From positions 1-64,000 of the forward strand of contig JABVCE010000041.1 in NCBI GenBank assembly GCA_014905635.1: a DNA stretch of 64,000 bases. The letters are read 5' to 3'. The notes under the pieces were generated by a model. It saw only the letters and a list, made by a program, of their open reading frames with translations, was not told the DNA's origin and searched no databases. Below are positions 57,699 through 64,000 of the stretch, piece after piece (positions within the stretch are counted from its first letter, which is position 1; every line of letters starts with the position of its first letter). Made by a program: the position numbers and the translations under genes. The DNA is from Scenedesmus sp. PABB004. Lineage: Eukaryota.

Positions 57699-59978
57699 AA
57701 ACCCTCTCTCTCTCTCTGAACCCCGCCCCCTCTTCAACCCCGCCCCGCCCCCAAAACCCCAAACCCCCAAACCCCACAGGTCCAGCGCCTGTGGACGTAC
57801 TACCTGTTTGTCGCCATCCTGCCCGTCCTCTTCCTCGTGTGGGTCGCGCACGTGACGTTCTTCATGGGGCCCACCCGCCTCAACGACCGCGTCTCGGGTG
57901 CGCGGGGGGGGGGGGGGGTGATGGCCGCCGCGCGGGGCCATGTTGGGGCTTGAGACTGCCGCCGGCGCCCGCGCGCCGCCTGAAACCCTGTCAATCACCC
58001 CCATCAAAACCCTTATCAAACCCCCCATCGACCCGTCTTGTTGTTATTGTTTTAATTGTTAAGAATAACGCCATCACCGCCCCGCCGCCCGCAGTGCTCA
58101 TCACGCTCATGCTCGCCCTCGTGGCGCTGCAATGGGTCATCAACGAAAACCTGCCAGACTCGAGCTACCTGCTCCCCACCAGCCAGGTGGGAGGGAGGGG
58201 GCGGCGCGGGGCGCGGGGCCAGGGCCAGGGCGTGCGCGCCGCTGCGCTGCATGCGCCGCCGCGCTCGCGCTGCGCGCCGCCCCGCGCTGCTGCTGCTGCC
58301 CCCGGCTCCGCCCCCGCACACGCGCCCGCGCTCGCACGCCCACCCCCGCCCCGCCCCGCCCCGCCCCCGCCAGCTCGTGCTGCTGAGCTACGCCTGCCTG
58401 GGCATGCTCGTGGGCGTGTCAGTCGGGGTGTACCAGATCAGGTGCGACCTCCGGGCTGGGCTGGGGGCTGGGCGGGGCGGCGCGGCTGGGCGGGGCGGGC
58501 TGCGGGCTGTGTGGGCTGGGCGCCGCGCGGGGGGCTGGGGCGGCGCGCCCCTGCGCCCCTGCGCGCCGCAGGCGCCGCGCGCACGCAAGCCCAGCGCTGC
58601 CGCCGCCGCCCGCCGCCGCCGCCTGCCCCCGCCGCCCCCTTTCCCGCCCTTTCTTATATTGCCACTGCTGCCGCGTGGCGCGCGCAGCATGTACAAGAGT
58701 CTTCGCAAGGAGCTGTTCAAGCGCGAGGCCGCGCTCAACCGGCTGCACAAGCTTAAGGCCCAGCTCGACGCGGGCACGTTCCGGCCCGCGACCACGCCCG
58801 CCGCGCGCGCGGGCGTCGTCGCCGACCCCGACGCGGCGCCGCTCCCGCCGACGCGCACGCTCGGCGACGTCGTGCTCGGCGGCTCGCGGCGCGGCCTCGG
58901 CGGCGGCGGCGGCGCCGAGGCCAAGCACCGCGCGGACGCGATCAGCGAGGGCGACGAGGAGGGCGGCAGCAGCGGGGACTGCGGCGGCGACGGTGCCTCG
59001 GAGTACTGTGACTGTGGGGGGCAGGAGGACGATACCATAAAGGCGGGGCTCGACCAGAGCCCCAAGGCGGGGCTGCTGGACCAGAGCCCCTTCCACACGG
59101 TGCTCACGGTGCAGATGGGCAGCAGCAGCGGCACCGACGACCTGCCCAGCAGTGACGGCGGCAACGGCAACGGCGGCGCCGGCGGCGGCGAGCTCACGCA
59201 CCGCGGCGGCGGCGGCGGCTCGGAGCTCACGCACCGCGGCGGCGGCGGCGGCGGCGCGAGCGCGGCGCCCGGCGACGCGCGGTCCAAGCTCGCCAACGGC
59301 CCGCCGTCGCAGCGCGGCGGCTTCCTGCGCAGCACGAGCTCAGTGAGCGGCCCGCTGCGCCCCACGCACTCGTCGGGCGGCTGGATGGCGCGGCTGGGCC
59401 TGTCGCACCACGACGACAGCGAGGGCCACGTGCACGCGCTGCTCACCCAAATCCTCTCGCGCTCGCACCCAAGCCCACGCAAGGCTGGTGCGCGGGCGTG
59501 GGCGCGCGCGTGGCGCGCCGCGCGCAGCGCGGGGGCCGGCGCTCTGGCCCTGCCTTCGCGCCCGGCGCCCGGTCTTCCCCTCTCCCCGCCGCTCGCTGAA
59601 CCCCGCCCGCCGCCGCCTCGCCCCTAAACCCCGCCCCGACCAGGGCGCGGCGCTGGTGGCTGTTCTACACCACCGTGCTGCTGGACGAGGAGGTCGCAGC
59701 GCTGCTCGCGCGACGCATCGACAAGGTGCGCGCGCGCGCGCCGCCGCGCCCCGCCGCCGGCGCGGCGCCGGGCCGCCGGGCCCGCGCGCCCGCGCGCCTC
59801 GCGCCTCGCGCCCCGCGCTCGCGCGCTCGCGCGCTGACGCGCCGCCGCTGCCGCCGCCGCTGGCTGCGGCCCGCCAGATCTGCTACACGGTGGTGATGAT
59901 TCTCTTCAACGTCGTCGCCGCGCTCGTACTGCTGCTCCCCACTTTGTGGGCCGCCCCGCGGGCTACAACCGCGGCTGA
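55692..59978 (+). CDS. Pentameric ligand-gated ion channel (Cys-less / Pro-loop pLGIC)
   Basis: Signal peptide, VKIYLTVLLERVLGVDQ, YMSWHDPR, VWLPGFGFRN, TPM|DFHAFPFDSQDL, R.WTYYLFVAILP (M1), DRVSVLITLMLALVALQWVINENLPDSSYL (M2), M3, a long loop, RRIDK|IC and M4. The end depends on a probable 1-nt homopolymer deletion at about 59940. Confidence 0.9.
57665..57717. repeat. Intronic (CT)n microsatellite
   Basis: Read directly from the sequence, in pLGIC intron 57521-57779. Confidence 0.9.
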
Positions 59979-60519
59979 GCAGGGCGCCGCCGCCGCCTGC
60001 GACGGCCGCCCCACGGCGCCGCGCGACGGCGGGCGTCCGCAGCACCCAGGGCAGGGAGGAGGCAGGGGGGCGCTGTGCTGCTGCTGCTGTATGTGCGTGT
60101 GTGTGCATTGCATTGCATTGCTGGTGCTGCTGCCCCTCCGCGCGCATTCTGGAACCCAATCGCTGACGGGCTGTGGGCGGGCGGCGGCACGCCAGGGGAG
60201 TAACGGCGTTACCGCACGCAACCTGGACGCGCAGTCGCCGCGCCGCCGCCGCCGCTGCCGCCCTGGGAGGCCGCCGGCGCGCGATCCAGGGCGCCAGCCG
60301 CCTCCCGCGCGCAGGCATCGAGCATCGAGCGTGCCCCGTGGTGTGCCCACACACGCGCAGTGCTGCTGGGGTGATGTGTGTAATGCAGAGCCGCCCGCCG
60401 CTCCCTGCGCCGCGACGGCCGTGCCCCCGGAGCCCCCCGTGCCCCCGGAGCCCCCCATGGCATGATGAGTGTGTGAGCGGCGGCCGCCGAGCGGCAGCTG
60501 CCTGGCCCCGCCGCCGCGC

Positions 60520-61124
60520 TCACGCCCAGCCAGCGGCAAAGGGCTGCTGCTGGTTGAACGGCGGCTGCTGCTGCTGCTGCTGCTGCGGGGGTGGGGCGCC
60601 GTAGCCGCCCGGCTGCTGGTACCCTCCCGCCGCCGCCGGCGGCGCGCCGTAGCCGCCGCCGCCGCCGCCGCCGCCCCAGCCGCCGCCCGCCGCCGGCGCG
60701 CCGCCGTACTGCGGCGGCTGCTGCGGCGGGCCGCCGTAGCCGCCGGGCGGGCCGCCGTAGCCGCCGCCGCCGGGCGGCGGGGCGCCGTAGCCGCCGCCGC
60801 CGCCGTACGCGGGCGGCGGGGCGCCGTAGCCGCCGCCGCCGCCGCCATACGCGGGCGGCGCGCCGCCGTACGCGGGCGGCCCGCCCCCGCCGACCGCGGC
60901 GCCGCGGCCGCCGGGCGGCGTGAGCCCGCCGCGCGCCGCGCCGGCGCCGCCGGGCGCGGCGGTGGGCCCCATGATTGCCTCCCCCGCCTCCAGGCGCGCG
61001 ATGTAGTCCAGCAGCTGCCGCCCCTCGGCCGCAAAGTCGAGCGGCGCGAGCTTGGAGATGGAGATCTGACGGGCGGCGGCACACCGCGCCGCGCGCGGGA
61101 GGGCGTGAGCGCGAGGAGGGCGGG

Positions 61125-61190
<66 letters not shown>

Positions 61191-64000
61191 GCGGCAGCAG
61201 CAGGCTCGCCAGCGGGCTTGGCCGCGGCGCCGCCGCGCGCCGCCGCGCGCGCCGCCCCGCGCGCGCGCGTGCTGTGCCGCGCTGCAGCTGTGCTGTGCAT
61301 GTCCGTGCGTGCCCCGCGCCGCGCGGCCCGCGCCGTCCCGCGTCACCTTGCGCCGCGCCTCGTCGTTGTATGTGTCCTGGAAGACCTTGAGCTTGAACAG
61401 GTAGCTCGCAAACAGCCGAGACTGGGCGGGGAGTGGGGAGGGGGGGGGCAACAGGCGGGGGGCGGGAGGTTGTGTTGAGGTTTAGGGTCTGGGGCCTTGG
61501 GTTTGAGGTTTGTCGAGGAGCCGGCGCAGCGGCGGCCGCGCGAGCGTGCCCGCCCCGCCCCGCCCCGCCCCACGCCGCGCCGAGCAGCGCCCGCGCGTCG
61601 CCCCTCCCCGCGCGCCCCGCCGCGCCTGCACGAGCGCGCCGTACGCGGCGCTGTCGAGCGCTTCGGGGTTTGCCACCGCCTCGGCCGGGCAGCCCATGAT
61701 CGCCTCGCCGCTGTCGCCAAACGCGGTCACCGTCTCGCTGCCCGTGTGGTCCTGCGCCTGCGGTGGGAGAGAGTGTGTGTGAGGGGGGAGGGGGCACGTT
61801 GGCGCGGCGGAGGCAGCGCGGCGAGAGGCCGTCAGCGCGCGCGGCGGCGCGCGCGCTGGCGGCGGCGGCGGGGCGGCGCGGGCGCTGGCGGCGGCGGCAC
61901 CGCGCTGGCGGGTGCGGCGGACCTGCAGCGTGAGCAGGTAGCGCCACGCCGGCGCCTCGCACGACTGCTGGCAGCGCTCGCAGAACCTGCGCAGCAGCGG
62001 GAGGGAGGCAGGGAGGCAGGGAGGCAGAGGGGCGGTCAGCCTCTCCAGCACGCCACGCGCGGCCGCCGCGCGCCCCCCGCGCCACCACGCCGCCGCGCGC
62101 CCGCACCAGCTGCCCTCCTGTCCCTGCAGCTTCTTCTGGCAGGGCCTGCCGTTGAAGTCGCGCGTGCAGGCGGGGTAGGCGAGGCCGCGGTCGCTGGAGA
62201 TGTTGTACACGGTGCCGGCGACCTGGGGGAGGGGACGGGTGTGGGCGCGGGGACGGGCGTGGGTGTGTGGGACGGGTGTGTGGTGGGTGGGTGCGCGTGG
62301 ATGTGTTGCGGGGGGGGGGGGGGGGGAGGAGTGCGTGTGCGGCTGCACGCGCGCGCGCGCGCGGCGGCGGCAGGGCGAGCAGGGGTGCGGGCAGGGGCGC
62401 GCGGGCGCGGGCGCGCACCGCGACCCAGTCTGCGGTGGGGCTGAGGCCGAGGCCCTCGGTCTCGATCTGCCTGAACGTCACGCGCCGGTCCGACCGCCCG
62501 CCGCCGCCGCCCATGCCCGAGAGCGCCGACACCGCCATCGTCGCGCCGCCGGCGTTGTCCCACCTGCGCGAGGGCGCGGGCGCGGGCGCGTGCGCGTCGC
62601 GCGCGGGTCGCGCCCCGCAGAGACGCCACCCGCGCACGCCGCCGCGGCGCGGCGCCCTCGCGCTGCCGTCCCACGCGCGGTCGCGGGGCGGCGGTCGCGG
62701 CCCCCCCTCCAGGCCCCCACCAGTTGCGCAGCGCGGCGGTCTCGGGGCGCTCCGGGTCGAGCAGCACGGTGCTGCTGCTGAGCGTGGAGAGGGACTTGCC
62801 GTTGAAGTCGCCGACGCGCGCGCCCTTGATCGCGACGACCGGGTGCCCGCCTGACGCGGCCGCCGCCTCCAGCGCGTCGCCGGGCGCGTGCACAAACTTG
62901 TCCCACAGCGTCACCTGCCGCGGCGCGCGGGGGCGGCGCGGGCGTGAGGCGGGGCGGGGGCGCGGGGCGCGCGGCGGCGGGAGGCGCCGGCGCCGGCGCG
63001 GCGCGCGCTGCTGCGCTGCTGCTGCGCTGCATGCGCTCCGTGCTGCTGCTCCGGCGGCGGACGCGCGCACGCGCACGCGCGCACGCGCGGCGGCGCGCGG
63101 TCACCTCGACGCTGCAGCCCGAGTCGTCGCGAATGACGAGGTTGCGCTTGCGCGTCTCGCTGCCGTCCTTGCGCGTGATGAGGCCCCACGGCGCGGCGCT
63201 CTCCAGCACGCCGACCACGTCCACCACGCCGCCCGCCTCGGTCGCCTGCAGCTCGCTCAGCTTCTTGAACTGACGCGCGGGCGCGCGGGCGCGGGCGCGG
63301 CGGGTGCGGGCGCGGCGGACGCGCGGGCGTGAGTGCGCGGCTGCGCCGCCGCGCGCCCCGCCGCCCCCGCGCCTCCTCCTCCGCGCGACCCCCTCCGTCC
63401 CCAAGCCAACACACGCGCAGCCAGGCACGCGACACCAGCCCTAAACCCAATGCGTGAATGACATGCAGAACCTAAACCCCGGCCGCCCGCCCGGCCGCCC
63501 TCAGGGGTCTCACGTTGAACATGATGAACGGGATCGCGGCCGCCTCGGGGTCCTCGTCCGCGGGCGCGACGACGCTGGAGCGCTCGAGGTAGATCTCATA
63601 CTCGTGGGGCGTGGTGTTGAACTTGGGGTTGCGCGGCTTCAGGCTCGCCTTGCTGATCGTCACCACGCGCCCGAGCTGGCCGCGGGGTGCCGGCGGCGGG
63701 CGGGGTGGGCGTGGGTGGGGGTGCAGCGCGAGGGCGCGCGCGCGGCGGCGGCGCGGCCGTTCGCCTGCGAGGCGCGAGCGCGCCCGACCCAACGCCCGCC
63801 GCCCGCGCCGCCCGCGCGCCCTGCCGCACCCAACACACATGCGCACACACACCCACACCCCCACCCGCGCGCGCACCTGCACCAGGTCTGCGTACTGGTC
63901 GACCTGGTCGTTCCACGCGGTCGCCCGGATCTCGCTGCCGTCGGCGTCGACGAGGTCAAAGCTCATCAGCTTGCCCTCGCTGCGCGGGTTGGACCAGCGC
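60520..64000 (-). CDS. RPA1: Replication protein A 70 kDa subunit; partial (5' end lies beyond the window)
   Basis: [36 protein letters not shown]..., VTLWD..., [22 protein letters not shown]...CQKK...FCERC..RYLL...DHTG...AFGD, YLFKLKV..DTYNDE.R, then a Gly/Tyr/Pro/Gln tail. Confidence 0.96.
61126..61203. repeat. (CAG/CTG)n tract of about 26 units inside the last RPA1 intron (61066-61346)
   Basis: Read directly from the sequence; interrupted by one CAA and one CGG. Confidence 0.9.

Noticed and set aside
59878..60465. Extended pLGIC C-terminus with a poly-Cys stretch (CCCCCMCVCVHC)
   Set aside because: Probably 3' UTR microsatellites read through after a 1-C homopolymer deletion at about 59940. 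Adding one C gives LLLPHFVGRPAGYNRG-stop at 59978, and TGTAA lies at 60379.
61126..61203. Poly-Gln, poly-Leu or poly-Cys protein from the CAG tract
   Set aside because: The tract lies within the RPA1 intron 61066-61346, whose flanking exons join as EARRK|ISISKL.
9900..63900. Introner-like mobile introns
   Set aside because: The introns share only GYGCG starts, CTCAC/CTGAC branch-like motifs, CGCAG ends and low complexity. By eye I saw no specific similarity between introns of different genes. An all-versus-all alignment would be the definitive test.
1..64000. Hundreds of long overlapping Arg/Ala/Pro-rich ORFs on both strands (e.g. 1504 aa at 1207-5721, 1117 aa at 18930-22283, 1070 aa at 5954-9166)
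   Set aside because: Stop codons are rare at this GC content. These ORFs are shadows or intron read-through, not overlapping genes.
1..64000. Possible stop-codon reassignment or alternative genetic code
   Set aside because: Conserved genes end at expected positions with TGA or TAG (LST8, ELF1, DDAH-like, USP), and I found no in-frame stop in a conserved exon.

Overview
This is eukaryotic nuclear DNA with extremely high GC content, dense genes and many introns. Short GTGCG/GTGAG...CAG introns, TGTAA poly(A) signals and a plastid-targeted VTE1 point to a chlorophyte green alga, probably Chlorophyceae (inference). Most long entries in the six-frame ORF track are GC-driven shadows, so I rebuilt the genes exon by exon. 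About 22 protein-coding genes are present: an mTERF-like protein (partial), a TKL-type kinase with frameshifts, a telobox Myb (TRF-like) protein, a membrane-anchored alpha-carbonic anhydrase, a secreted protein with three six-Cys repeats, a BORCS8-like protein, tocopherol cyclase VTE1, a DDAH-like amidinohydrolase, a RING-HC multi-pass membrane protein, ELF1, OFD1, ZIP4/SPO22, a USP37-like deubiquitinase with UIMs, an FSH1 serine hydrolase, two F-box/LRR proteins, LST8, a secreted His/Tyr-Asp/Lys-Gly block protein, a Sulfotransfer_2-type sulfotransferase, a hypothetical protein, a Cys-less pentameric ligand-gated ion channel and RPA1 (partial). Three observations stand out. (1) GC-AG introns are pervasive (5 of 7 in LST8, about 13 candidates overall), always after an exonic CAG/AAG. 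(2) The Cys-less pLGIC appears intact and carries a four-Cys insertion. (3) Two secreted proteins have unusual architectures. I saw no RNA genes, CRISPR arrays or autonomous mobile elements. Exon coordinates were read by hand and may be off by a few nt.
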